64,000 bases of DNA from an uncultured bacterium (lineage in GTDB: Bacteria; Electryoneota; RPQS01): NCBI GenBank assembly GCA_963735175.1, contig CAVTJX010000018.1, positions 1,061 to 65,060 on the forward strand, read 5' to 3'. Under the pieces are notes generated by a model. That model saw only the letters and a list, made by a program, of their open reading frames with translations, ran no database searches and was not told the origin of the DNA. The stretch's first letter is position 1. Each line of letters starts with the position of its first letter. Of the stretch, positions 24,246-35,030 are shown one piece after another. The position numbers and the translations under genes are program-made.

Positions 24246-25518
24246 GTGCGTATTGCGGAAAAAGTCGCCCGTTTTGATACGGCCCGAAAAGTCATGGCGG
24301 CTGGCATCTACCCGTATTTCCGTTCCATCGAATCCGACCAGGATACGATGGTGCAGATCAACGGCAAGGATGTACTCATGCTCGGGTCGAACAATTACCT
24401 CGGGCTGACCAACCATCCGCAGGTCAAGGAAGCGGCCATCGCGGCTCTACGCCAGTACGGCTCGGGCTGCGCCGGCTCGCGCTTTCTCAACGGCACTTTG
24501 CGCATCCATATCGAGTGCGAAGAGCGTCTCGCCGATTACATGCAGAAGGAAGCAGTGCTGCTCTTTTCTACCGGCTTCCAGGCGAATCTCGGCGTCATCT
24601 CCTCCCTCGTCGGCCGCAACGGTTACGTCGTCACCGATTCGCTGGATCACGCCTCGATCATCGACGGCGCCCGCCTCTCTTTCGGCAAAATGGTTAAGTT
24701 CCGGCACAACGACAAGGACGACCTTGACCGCGTTCTGAAGGGCCTCGATAATCGCTCCAAGCTGGTCATCACTGAAGGCGTGTTCTCGATGGAAGGTGAC
24801 ATCGTCAAGCTTCCGGAAATTCTCGAAGATTTCTCAGCAACACGGCGCGGATGTGATGCTCGACGACGCTCACGGGATCGGTGTGTTGGGCCCCGAAGGT
24901 CGCGGCACGGCCGCGCATTTCGGTTTGCAGGACAAGGTCGATCTCATCGTCGGTACGTTCTCAAAGTCGCTTGCGTCCATCGGCGGGTTCGTCGCCGCGA
25001 CGGAGGACATTATCCATTTCCTGAAGCATCACAGCCGCGCTTTGATCTTTTCCGCCAGCCCGCCGCCGGCCTCCGTCGCCGCCGTCATCGCCGCGCTCAA
25101 AATCATTCTCGCCGAACCCGAGCGCCGTGATCTGCTCTGGCGCAACGCCAATTACCTGCGAAAAGGGTTGCAGAACATCGGCCTCGATACCGGCACCAGT
25201 GAAACCCCGATTATCCCCGTGTTCGTGGGTGACGCAATGAACGCCTTTGGACTTACCGCCGCCATGCAGGAAGCGGGTGTGTTCATCAATCCGGTTGTTC
25301 CGCCCGCCGTTCAACCCGGTCAAAGTCTGATCCGTTTCTCGGTAATGTCCACCCACACCCTCGAGCAGCTTGATTTTGCGCTGGATAAAATGAGTAAGCT
25401 GGCGCGTCAATTCCATCTTGAAACGGGAGCCGCTCATCGAAATTCACGTCTCACCGATTCGCACCTCCCGGGACCGGAAGGATTTTCTGCTCTTCCCCTG
25501 GAAGGTTCAGGCCACTGA
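24246..25518 (+). CDS. Alpha-oxoamine synthase, serine-palmitoyltransferase-like (Spt/Kbl/BioF family); frame break near 24830; true stop uncertain
   Basis: YPYFRSIES...[49 protein letters not shown] and the PLP-lysine block [14 protein letters not shown] (an Spt-type FSKS rather than the Kbl/BioF LGKA/LSKA). GTG start. Confidence 0.8.
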
Positions 25519-26582
25519 TCCGGCGTGGGTACCCCCGCTCCTGGTCGACGTCAAATCCCGATTTACTCCCAAATATCCTTTCTACGAGCACGGCGAGGTT
25601 GAATCGTTCCTCGCCCGAAGCGAACCCGACGGTGAAGTTCTGGGCCGTGTTTGCGCCATCGTCAACCGCGCTCACAACGACTTCCATCACGACAGGGTCG
25701 GCTTCTTCGGCTTCTTTGAATCGGTTCCGAATCCCCATGTCGCCCGCGCGCTCCTCGATCACGCGGGCAACTTTCTTAGAAGCCGGAACCTCACTGGCAT
25801 TCGCGGCCCCATGAATTTCTCGGTTAACGACGAGATCGGGATGCTCGTCGAAGGCTTCGATACGCCGCCCGCGATCATGATGACGCACAATCCGCCCTAC
25901 TACAACGACCTCATGGTCGAGTGCGGGTTCACCGGCGTCAAGGATGTCCTCGCCTACGAGATCCATCAGGGCGAACTTTCCGACCGCGTCTGCCGCGTCG
26001 CGCAAAAGCTTGAGCACAGGCTCAACCTCCGCATCCGTCCGTTTAATCCCAAGGATTTCTGGGGCGAAGTCGACCGCATCCTTGAGGTCTACAACAACGC
26101 CTGGGAAGCCAATTGGGGGTTCGTTCCCATGAGCCCGGCCGAACTCAAGCTGATGGCCCAGTCGCTGCGGCTCGTCTACGATCCGCGCCTCGTCTTCTTC
26201 GCTGAGACGCCGGACGGCAAACCCGTCGGCTTCTCACTGGCGCTGCCGGATGTCCATGTCATCCAGCAAGCAGATTCCGAACGGCCGCCTGCTGCCCACC
26301 GGAATTTTCAAACTGCTCGCCGGCAAGCGGCATCTGCACCGCTGCCGCGTCCTCCTGATGGGCGTGCACCACGATTTTCGCGGCCGGGGCATCGATACCG
26401 TTTTCTACTACCGAACGTACGAAACGGGCGTGCAGGCAGGCTATAACTGGGCCGAGTTTTCCTGGGTACTCGAAGACAACACGCTCATGAACGAAGCCGC
26501 CCTCGCCATCGGCGCGCATCCCTATAAAAAATGGCGGATCTGGGAAAAGGCTTCTGTGACCGGCAACTTCTCCGAATCCTGA
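25418..26582 (+). CDS. Large (~388 aa) GNAT-fold N-acyltransferase family protein; frame break near 26265
   Basis: FLLFPWKV...DPAWVPPL; C-terminal GVHHDFRGRGID...AEFSWVLEDNTLMN (GNAT core). The TTG start lies inside the tail of the upstream ORF. Confidence 0.7.
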
Positions 26583-26583
26583 T

Positions 26584-27109
26584 TTGTGTGTGGCGGAAAC
26601 AAATCGCCTCTCGATCCGTCCGTATTGCGATGACGATCTAGCCGAGCTCTATCCGTTGCTCTCAGACCCCGTCGCCATGGCGCATTGGCCCGCGCCCTTC
26701 GACCGCGAGCAGACGCGAATCCTGGATCCGGCGGGCCAATCTGCATTATCGCATCTTCGGCCTGAGCCGCTGGGCGGTGATCCTCAAGGCTTCGGGCAGA
26801 CTTATCGGTGATTGCGGACTGATTCCCCAGAAAGTCGAAGGTCTCGCCACGCATGATCTTGGCTGGATCATTCATCCGGTTCACTGGAACCGGGGCTATG
26901 CCACCGAAGCCGCCACGGCGTGCCTGCGCCACGCATTCGACGAGTTGCTGCTCGATCATTTGTTCGCTAACATGCCGGCTGACCACGCAGCCTGTGTCCG
27001 CATTGCTGAAAAAATTGGCATGCGGCGTCAAACCGTCTTCCACAATCCGCGCAACCGGAACATCCTGACCTGCCTCTATAGCGCCACGCGCTCGGATTCC
27101 CCCGTCTAA
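26584..27109 (+). CDS. GNAT N-acetyltransferase (RimJ/RimL-like); frame break near 26722
   Basis: [23 protein letters not shown]...; [33 protein letters not shown]; [14 protein letters not shown]. Confidence 0.75.
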
Positions 27110-27147
27110 GCCCTCGTCCCGCTGCGGACGAAACATCGGAGGCCCTC

Positions 27148-28692
27148 GTGTTTGCTGAGGTGATTTCCGCTGCCGTTTTGGGAATTGATGCGTTTCTGGT
27201 TAAAGTCGAAAGTCATTTAGAAAACGGCGAAAAGGGCTTCACCGTGGTCGGTCTGCCCGATGTCGCTGTGAAGGAATCTTCGCACCGCGTCATTGCGGCG
27301 ATCAAGAATTCCGGATTTGTTTTTCCGCACCGCTACATCACGGTCAACCTCGCGCCCGCCGACGTGCGCAAGGAAGGCAGCGCCTTCGACCTGCCCATGG
27401 CTATCGGTATTCTCTGCGCCTCTGGCCAATTGCTGCCGGCCAATCTTGAGGCCACGGCCGTCCTCGGTGAACTGGCCCTTGATGGCAAGCTGCGCTCGAT
27501 TCGCGGCGCGCTGCCCATTGCCGCCTCGCTGCACAAAGCGGGTATCCGCCGGCTGATTGTTCCCGCGGACAATGCCCGCGAAGCCGCCCTCGTCGCCGAA
27601 CTCGACGTCTACCCGATGCAGTCACTGCGCGATACTGTAGACTTTCTGAACGGCCAGGATCAGGTCGCGCCGTTCCTCGTCAATCGCGACGCGCTCTTCG
27701 CGGAAGCTCGCGAAGAGGTCGGCGATTTCAGCGAAGTGCGTGGCCAGAATTCGGTCAAGCGCGCCCTTGAAATCGCTGCCGCTGGCGGCCACAACGTGCT
27801 CATGATCGGCCCGCCCGGCTCGGGCAAGACCATGCTCGCCCGCCGCCTGCCGTCAATCCTCCCGGAGTTTACCCTCGACGAAGCCCTCGAGACGACGCGG
27901 GTCCATTCGGTCGCCGGCATGCTTAAAGCCGGTCAGGCCATCGTCGCCAATCGCCCGTTTCGCTCGCCGCATCACACGGTTTCCGACGCCGGACTGATCG
28001 GCGGCGGCATGATTCCCCGCCCCGGCGAGGTCTCCGTGGCGCATAACGGTGTGCTCTTCCTCGACGAGCTGCCCGAATTCCACAAAAACGTTCTGGAAGT
28101 CCTGCGCCAGCCCCTCGAGGACGGCGTCGTCACGCTTTCCCGCGCGGCCATCAGTTTGACGTATCCCGCGAGCTTCATGCTCGTCGCCGCGATGAATCCC
28201 TGTCCCTGCGGCTATCTGACGGACCCCGAAAAGGAGTGCAAATGCACCCCCGAGCAGATCCGCCGTTACGTTTCGCGCGTTTCGGGGCCGCTGCTCGACC
28301 GCATTGATCTCCACGTCGAAGTGCCGCGCGTCCCGTGGAAGGATCTCTCCTCGAACCAGAGTGGGGAAGACTCTGCCGCCATCCGCGCCCGCGTCGGCGG
28401 CGCCCGGCAGCGCCAGCGCGCGCGCTACCACACTACCCGCGCGAATCTCTACAACAATGCGCAGATGTCCAACCGCGAAGTCGAAAAATTCGCGGCTATC
28501 GATGCCGCCTCCATGACCGTGCTGCATCAGGCCATCGAACGGATGGGCCTTTCCGCCCGCGCCTATCACCGGATACGTAAAATCGCCCGCACGATCGCGG
28601 ATCTCGAAGCGGCTGACGACATTTCGCTGCCCCACGTTATTGAAGCCGTTCAATACCGTTCGCTGGATCGAATCAAAGAGCTGGCGGCCTGA
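27148..28692 (+). CDS. Mg-chelatase-like AAA+ protein YifB/ComM
   Basis: 514 aa intact; Lon-like N-domain ([10 protein letters not shown]), Walker [26 protein letters not shown]-terminal ChlI-like helix bundle. Confidence 0.9.
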   Translation: MFAEVISAAVLGIDAFLVKVESHLENGEKGFTVVGLPDVAVKESSHRVIAAIKNSGFVFPHRYITVNLAPADVRKEGSAFDLPMAIGILCASGQLLPANLEATAVLGELALDGKLRSIRGALPIAASLHKAGIRRLIVPADNAREAALVAELDVYPMQSLRDTVDFLNGQDQVAPFLVNRDALFAEAREEVGDFSEVRGQNSVKRALEIAAAGGHNVLMIGPPGSGKTMLARRLPSILPEFTLDEALETTRVHSVAGMLKAGQAIVANRPFRSPHHTVSDAGLIGGGMIPRPGEVSVAHNGVLFLDELPEFHKNVLEVLRQPLEDGVVTLSRAAISLTYPASFMLVAAMNPCPCGYLTDPEKECKCTPEQIRRYVSRVSGPLLDRIDLHVEVPRVPWKDLSSNQSGEDSAAIRARVGGARQRQRARYHTTRANLYNNAQMSNREVEKFAAIDAASMTVLHQAIERMGLSARAYHRIRKIARTIADLEAADDISLPHVIEAVQYRSLDRIKELAA

Positions 28693-28728
28693 CGATCCGC
28701 CCCTTGAGAAAGTGAACAGGGAGTACCT

Positions 28729-30243
28729 TTGCCACTGGTGCACCATACCATAGATGAACTTTCCCGGCAGCAGCCGTCCCACGCGGCGCTGCTCTTCAGC
28801 GGCCAGGATTATTCCTATGCCGCGTTGACGGACGCCGTCGCGCGCCTGCGCGGCGCGATGGCCGCGCGTGGCATCGCACGGGGCGACCGCGTGGTTCTCT
28901 TGTTGCCCAATTGCCCGCATTTCGTCATTGCGCATTTGGCCGTGCTCGGTCTGGGCGCAGTTTCCGTTCCCCTGCATTTTCAGAGCAAAGCGCGGGAAAT
29001 CACTTGGGCGCTGGAAGATACCGAGGCCAAGGTCCTTTTCGCTTGGAGCAACCTCGCGCCCGAAGTCGAAAAGGCTGCCGCCCGTCTCGAATCGCCGATG
29101 CTCCGCGCCTATGTGGGCGACAACGTTCCCCCCGGCGCCGCCAATCTGCTGGAACTCATCGCCTCCGGCCAGTCCACCCCGGCTGACGAATCGCTGACGG
29201 ATGATGACCTCGCCGCCATTCTCTATACCGCCGGCGCCAGCGGCTTTCCGCGCGGCGCGGAACTCACCCACGGTGCGTTTGCGGTCCATGCGCGCGAACT
29301 GGGCCGGCTGCTGCGCATTCGCGAAACCGACCGTTTCTGCTGTTCGCTACCCTTCACGACGGCCTGCGGTCTCACTCTCGGCGTGCATCTACCGCTCCGG
29401 CATGGCTCGCGTATCGACATTCATTCGCGTTTTCATCCCGGCGATCTGCTCCGTCATTTGCAGGATGAGCAGATGACCGTGCTCGTCGGCAATCCGGTAT
29501 GTTACGCCTCGATGGCGGGTTTTCCCTCCGCCGAGAAGCACGATCTCAGCCGCCTGCGCTATGCCCTCTGCTGCGAAGACAAACTCAGCGAGCAGGTCGC
29601 CCGCGCCGCCGAAGAACGCCTCGCCATTCGCATCTTCGAAGGTTATGGCACCGCCGAAACGTGCGGTATTGTCACACTCAATCTCTTTCCCGCATTGCAG
29701 CCGCGCGGGAGCGTCGGCCATCCACTCGCTGGCCACGACGTGGCGATCCTCGACGCCAATGCGTCTCCCGCCCGGCCCGGCGAATCCGGGCAAGTCGCTG
29801 TCAGCGGTCCATGTGTCATGCGCGGCTATCGCAATCGCCCCGACAAGACCCGCCAGGTTCTCAAAGATGGCTGGCTGCTGACCGGGGATAACGGCTACCT
29901 CGATGAACAATCCAATCTGTTCATCACCGGACATTCGGGCGAACTGATTGTCAAGGGCGGATTCCCTATCCACGCCCGCGAGGTCGAAGAAATTGTCGAA
30001 GGCTTGCCGCACGTGCATGAAGTCGCCGTAATTGGCGTTCCCGATCCGGTATACGGCGAGGAAATTAAAGCCTGTGTTGTACTCAAAGACGGTGCCAGTA
30101 TCGGACCCAGTGAAATTATTGAGTATATCAAAGAGCGTGTAGCGCTCTACAAATGTCCTAAAATCGTTAAGCTCTATAAGGAACTTCCGCGCACAGCCGG
30201 AGGTAAGATCATCAGAGGCCAACTCCGGGAAGACAAGCCCTGA
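28729..30243 (+). CDS. AMP-dependent acyl-CoA (or acyl-ACP) synthetase / fatty-acid ligase
   Basis: 504 aa intact; ILYTAGASGFPRGAELTH (AMP-binding motif), GYGTAET, TGDNGYLDE, LPRTAGGKIIR. Confidence 0.85.
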   Translation: MPLVHHTIDELSRQQPSHAALLFSGQDYSYAALTDAVARLRGAMAARGIARGDRVVLLLPNCPHFVIAHLAVLGLGAVSVPLHFQSKAREITWALEDTEAKVLFAWSNLAPEVEKAAARLESPMLRAYVGDNVPPGAANLLELIASGQSTPADESLTDDDLAAILYTAGASGFPRGAELTHGAFAVHARELGRLLRIRETDRFCCSLPFTTACGLTLGVHLPLRHGSRIDIHSRFHPGDLLRHLQDEQMTVLVGNPVCYASMAGFPSAEKHDLSRLRYALCCEDKLSEQVARAAEERLAIRIFEGYGTAETCGIVTLNLFPALQPRGSVGHPLAGHDVAILDANASPARPGESGQVAVSGPCVMRGYRNRPDKTRQVLKDGWLLTGDNGYLDEQSNLFITGHSGELIVKGGFPIHAREVEEIVEGLPHVHEVAVIGVPDPVYGEEIKACVVLKDGASIGPSEIIEYIKERVALYKCPKIVKLYKELPRTAGGKIIRGQLREDKP

Positions 30244-30388
30244 CTGTAAACACTGACTATTTCAATGTATAGCCACAAGCAGGGTCGCTTTTCATTGAAC
30301 TTCAGCGGTGATGAATGTTATCGGATGTGGATCTGACGGCGCTTGCCGCCACCCACGGTCCACCTCAATTTCGTAGGGGAGGTTTACG

Positions 30389-30958
30389 GTGATTCCGGTT
30401 GATGTCATAGGGATTTCGGTATGCCCGCCGTATCAGGGTTACGTGGTGATCTTGAAGGAACGGGACGGTGAACGTTGGCTGCCCATTTTTATCGGTGCGG
30501 CCGAAGCCCAGAGCATTTCCTTTTTGCTGCAGGGATTGGAGTACGCCCGCCCCATGACGTACGACCTCTTTGCGCGGATTCTGGACGAGGGTGGCGTCAC
30601 CATCATTTCATCTTCAGTCAACGATCTCAAGGATAATACTTTTTACGCGGTCGTTGATCTGCGGAATGCCAAGGGTGAAATGCGTCAGGTGGATGCCCGG
30701 CCGTCCGATGCTATTGCCCTCGCTCTTAAAACCAAAGCGCCGATTCTTGTAGCTGAAAAAGTCATGGATGGCGCCGCGGTTTCCAACGAACCCGTCAACC
30801 GTTCCACCGTCGACCAGATCGCTTATCTGCACCAAAAACTTAAAGAGTGCGTAGAGAGCGAAGCCTACGAGGAAGCGGCGAAAATCCGCGACCATATTCG
30901 GTCCCTGGAATCACGGATCACCACCCCCGGGCTCGATCCCGAGGAGCGGACCGAGTAG
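30389..30958 (+). CDS. Bifunctional nuclease (BFN/DUF151) domain protein with C-terminal UVR motif
   Basis: LPIFIGAAEAQSI...RPMTYDL...VDARPSDAIALAL, then ESEAYEEAAKIRDHIRSLE (UvrB/C-type helix). GTG start. Confidence 0.8.
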   Translation: MIPVDVIGISVCPPYQGYVVILKERDGERWLPIFIGAAEAQSISFLLQGLEYARPMTYDLFARILDEGGVTIISSSVNDLKDNTFYAVVDLRNAKGEMRQVDARPSDAIALALKTKAPILVAEKVMDGAAVSNEPVNRSTVDQIAYLHQKLKECVESEAYEEAAKIRDHIRSLESRITTPGLDPEERTE

Positions 30959-31209
30959 CACCTGCCTCCGCTTCCCGGGCCACCTCGATTCAGGACATTC
31001 CTCGGCGGGCTCTTCTGATCGGGAGCACGCCGTTTTCTTTGTTCACCCGGGGAGGTCAGAATTTCATAAAAAGTGTATCTGAATGAGGCATATCCAGACA
31101 GCAACAGTCGCATTTTAGGAATATTTTATAAGTTTATATAAAACAAAACGACGTCCGTCACTTCCAGACCTGCAACGGCGATGGCACTTGGCCTCCACTG
31201 AAAAAAGAC

Positions 31210-31238
31210 TTGCTCTTTTAGCAAGCTATTGTTATATT
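31210..31238 (+). promoter_or_regulatory. Candidate promoter of the yceD-rpmF-plsX-fab operon
   Basis: TTGCTC (31210-31215), N17, TATATT (31233-31238), in the AT-rich spacer 21 nt before the GTG at 31259. The -10 region also reads TATATTTG. Confidence 0.35.
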
Positions 31239-31258
31239 TGTTGTTTGAGCTTCGCCCT

Positions 31259-31720
31259 GTGAAAATTCATCTCCCCTCTTATCCACCGGGTGTCCACCGG
31301 ATCTCCGAGCGTCTGGATCCTCAGGACTTGGATCTTGGTCGCGATGTTTTTACGCGACCGATTCAGGCCGATCTCACACTCGACCGACATGACCCCTACT
31401 TACAGTTTCAATTTAAGCTCGAAACGTCGGTCAAGCTCGAGTGTGACCGCTGTCTGACTATCTTCGAACAGCCGCTCCAAGTACGCACGCCTATGTTGTA
31501 TGTTTTGGGACGGCCGCAATCGGCGGAATCGAACGACGACCCGGAAATCTCCTATGTCCCGGCTGGCAGTGTTGAGATCGATATCTCCACAGACCTGCGC
31601 GATTTCCTGATCCTCTCGCTGCCCGAACGTAGCCTCTGCCGCGAGGACTGCCAGGGTCTTTGTCCCCTCTGTGGGACCGACTGGAATACGCTGACGTGCC
31701 GGCATGCGGCTCCCATCTGA
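31259..31720 (+). CDS. yceD: YceD/DUF177 family protein (large-subunit rRNA accumulation protein)
   Basis: Position upstream of rpmF, plus ECDRCL...CREDCQGLCPLCG cysteine pairs typical of DUF177. I prefer the GTG start at 31259 over the TTG at 31229. Confidence 0.8.
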   Translation: MKIHLPSYPPGVHRISERLDPQDLDLGRDVFTRPIQADLTLDRHDPYLQFQFKLETSVKLECDRCLTIFEQPLQVRTPMLYVLGRPQSAESNDDPEISYVPAGSVEIDISTDLRDFLILSLPERSLCREDCQGLCPLCGTDWNTLTCRHAAPI

Positions 31721-31758
31721 CTCATAATCTCTCGTTAATAACCTACTCGGATCCCGAA

Positions 31759-31942
31759 ATGGCTGTACCCAAGCGAAGGACCGGCAAATCGCAGACGTGA
31801 TCGCCGGCGTGCTCACTTCAACCTCACCAAGCCGGCGGTTGCCACCTGCTCCAACTGTGGCGCCGTTGTCTCACCCCATTGCGTCTGCGCGGCCTGCGGA
31901 TATTATAACGGCCGCTTCGTCACTCCCGTCAAAGTTTCCTAA
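31759..31942 (+). CDS. rpmF: 50S ribosomal protein L32; frame break at ~31795 (one extra base)
   Basis: MAVPKRRTGKSQ then stop. Deleting the A at 31795 restores ...KSQRDRRRAHFNLTKPAVATCSNCGAVVSPHCVCAACGYYNGRF... Confidence 0.9.
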
Positions 31943-31974
31943 GCCTGTTCCTCACCGGTGGACCCCACCCGTTG

Positions 31975-33045
31975 ATGAAGATTGCGCTGGATGCTATGGG
32001 TGGCGATTTCGCCCCCGGCGTCCCCATCGAAGGCGCGCTCGCGGCGCTGGATGAGTACGGCGACAGCCTGAGCATTGCTCTGGTCGGACCGCAGGAAATC
32101 ATCCGGCGGGAGCTTGCCGGACATGGCCGAGAGCCCGATGGACACATCCAGATCGTGGATGCGCCGGAGGTGATCTCCATGTCCGATAAGGCCGGACGGG
32201 CTGTGCGCGAAAAGCGTAACAGCTCGCTGATGCGTGCCATCGAACTCCACAAGAGCGGTCATGCTGACGCCGTGATTTCCGCCGGACACACCGGCGCGCA
32301 AATGGCCGCCAGTTACATGGTGCTTGGGCTGATCGAAGGCGTGCGCCGCCCCACCATCGGCAGCCTGTTGCCGGTCGCCAATGGCCGCTTCTGCACCCTC
32401 GTCGACGTGGGCGCCAACACCGACTGCAAACCGATCAACCTCCTGCAGTTTGCAATTATGGGTTCAGTTTTCATGGAGATCGTCTCCGGCAAGCGGAATC
32501 CCAGTGTCGCGTTGCTCTCCATCGGCGAAGAGAAGACCAAGGGTAACGAACTGGTCTTGGCGACTCACTACCTGCTCGAGGAAAGCGGCCTGAATTTCGT
32601 CGGAAACGTCGAAGGCAGTGATATTTTCGCCGGCAAAGCCGATGTCATTGTCTGCGACGGCTTTGTCGGCAACATCATTCTTAAATTTGCCGAATCTGTC
32701 GGATCTTTGCTGCTGGGCCGGCTGATGTCGCTCGGAGGCGCGAGCGAATCGTTCATGGATGGCCTGCGGCAGGTGCGCAAGGAATTCGACTATGCCGAGA
32801 TCGGCGGCGTACCGCTCCTCGGCGTCAATGGAATCTCCATGATCTGCCACGGCCGCTCCACCGCCAAGGCGATCAAAAGCGCCATTCGTGAAGCGATGAT
32901 GCTGACCAGGGGAGATCTGCCGGGCGCGCTTAGCCGCGGTGTTGCCCAGTATGACGTCGGTATGTTTACCCGCGGTATGGCCCGCCTCAAGAGCTTCCAT
33001 GAGCGGCGGGATGAATTGGAAATCCATAAAGATGACGAAGACTGA
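31975..33045 (+). CDS. plsX: Phosphate acyltransferase PlsX
   Basis: MKIALDAMGGDFAP...; intact. Confidence 0.95.
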   Translation: MKIALDAMGGDFAPGVPIEGALAALDEYGDSLSIALVGPQEIIRRELAGHGREPDGHIQIVDAPEVISMSDKAGRAVREKRNSSLMRAIELHKSGHADAVISAGHTGAQMAASYMVLGLIEGVRRPTIGSLLPVANGRFCTLVDVGANTDCKPINLLQFAIMGSVFMEIVSGKRNPSVALLSIGEEKTKGNELVLATHYLLEESGLNFVGNVEGSDIFAGKADVIVCDGFVGNIILKFAESVGSLLLGRLMSLGGASESFMDGLRQVRKEFDYAEIGGVPLLGVNGISMICHGRSTAKAIKSAIREAMMLTRGDLPGALSRGVAQYDVGMFTRGMARLKSFHERRDELEIHKDDED

Positions 33046-34048
33046 CCCTGTCCATAAAATCCGCCCCATTGCCCGTATCGCCGGAATCGGCAAAGCCGTT
33101 CCTGAAACTGTCCTCACCAACGCCGATCTCGAGAAAATTGTCGACACCAATGACGAGTGGATTACCACTCGCAGCGGGATCAAGGAACGGCATATTGTCA
33201 AGCGCGGCGAGAAAACCTCCGACTACTGCATCCGCGCCGCCCGCGTCGCGATGGATGAGGCCGGAGTCACCGCCGAGGAACTCGATTTCATCATCCTCGG
33301 CACCATCTCGCCCGATATGCGCTTCCCGGCCACGGCGATCTTTATCCAGGAAGCCCTGCGCGCCACCAATGCCGTCGCTTATGACGTCAGCGCCACGTGC
33401 TCCGGCTTTCTCTTGCGCTCTACAATGCTGAGCTGATGATTTCCAGCGGGCGCGCCAAAACCGGGCTCGTGCTCGGCGCCGAATTCCTGACGCCGATCAC
33501 CGATTGGACCGACCGCTCCACCTGCGTGCTCTTCGGCGACGGCGCCGGCGCCGCCGTGGTGACCCAGGCCACAGACGAACGCGGCATTCTTTCCACGTAT
33601 ATCGGCTCCGGCGGCGATGCCTCACACCTGCTCTATTGCATCGGCCACGGCACCGCCGGTTCGCTCAACAACCTGAGCGGCCTCCCGGAAGACGGCGAAG
33701 CCCTGCTGCAGATGAACGGCAACGAGGTCTTCAAGCACGCCGTCCGCACCATGGAAAAAGCCGCCGTGCAGGCCCTCAGCCGCGCGCAGTTGAAAGCGGA
33801 AGAACTCGATCTGGCTCGTCCCGCATCAGGCCAATATCCGCATCATCGACGCCACCGCCGCGCGCTTGAAGATGCCCAAGGAAAAGGTGCTGGTTACCAT
33901 TCAGAAATACGGCAACAATTCTTCCGCGTCGATTCCCTTCGCCCTCGATGATGGCCGCCGTGAAGGTCTGATCAAGGACGGTCAGCTCGTGCTTTGCGTC
34001 GCCTTTGGCGGCGGTTTCACCTGGGGCGGGGCCGTCATTCGCTTCTGA
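33032..34048 (+). CDS. fabH: 3-oxoacyl-ACP synthase III; two frame breaks (~33413 one base missing, ~33815 one extra)
   Basis: [16 protein letters not shown], active-site [14 protein letters not shown], then [11 protein letters not shown] and the AFGGGFTWG tail in other frames. Confidence 0.9.
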
Positions 34049-34083
34049 TTTTTCCCGCTGAATACACCGAACTCGCTTTACCT

Positions 34084-35030
34084 TTGAATCGAAATATTTT
34101 TCTCTTCCCCGGTCAGGGGTCGCAAGCCGTCGGCATGGGCAAGGACCTTGCCCGTGACTTCGAACTGGCCCGCCGCCGTTACGCCGAAGCCGCAGCCGTG
34201 CTCGGTTTCGATCTGGCCGCCGTCTGTTTCGAGGGCTCCGACGACGAACTGCGCCAGACCCGCGTCACCCAGCCCGCGCTTTACGTCCATTCCTGCATTC
34301 TCACCGAGTTGTTGGCGGAGCAGGGTATCAGCCCCACCGCCGCCGCTGGACACAGCCTCGGCGAATATTCCGCTCTCTTTTCCGCCGGGGCCTTCAGCTT
34401 TGCCGATGGCTTGCGATTGGTGAAGGCTCGCGCCGAAGCCATGCAGCAAGCCGGGACGGTCGAATCCCGGCACCATGGCCGCGGTTGTCGGTCTCGAGGA
34501 CGAAGCCGTTCGCGACCTTCTGCCGCGAACTGTCCGCTTCAGACGGCGTCGTTGTTCCTGCGAATTTCAATTCGCCCGGCCAACTCGTGATTTCCGGCGA
34601 TGTCGCCGCTGTCCGCAAGGCCGTCGAAGTTGCCAAATCCCGCGGCGCCAAACTTGCCCGCGAACTGCCGGTCTCCGGCGCGTTCCATTCGCCGCTCATG
34701 CAGCCCGCGGCGGATGCGCTGTCCGCGGCGCTCGCGGCTGTCACGCTCGTGACTCCACGCATTCCCGTCATTTCCAATGTCACGGCCCAGCCTCACACCA
34801 CAGTCGAATCCCTGCGCCGCTTGCTGGCCGAACAGCTGCTCTCCCCCGTCCGCTGGACGGAATCGCAACAGGCCCTCGCCGCGGATGGCGACGCCCAGTG
34901 GTTCGAAGTTGGCAGCGGCAACGTGCTTGCCGGATTGCTCAAGCGCACCGTCAAGGGTGTTGCGGCCCAATCGGTAAGTGCCGTTGAAGATTTGCGGAAG
35001 CTTAATGCCGCCGTGGGAGATGCACAATGA
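34084..35030 (+). CDS. fabD: Malonyl CoA-ACP transacylase; two frame breaks (~34465, ~34515)
   Basis: FLFPGQGSQAVGMG, GHSLGEYSAL, MAAVVGL (short middle frame), NFNSPGQLVISG, SGAFHSPLM. TTG start. Confidence 0.9.
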
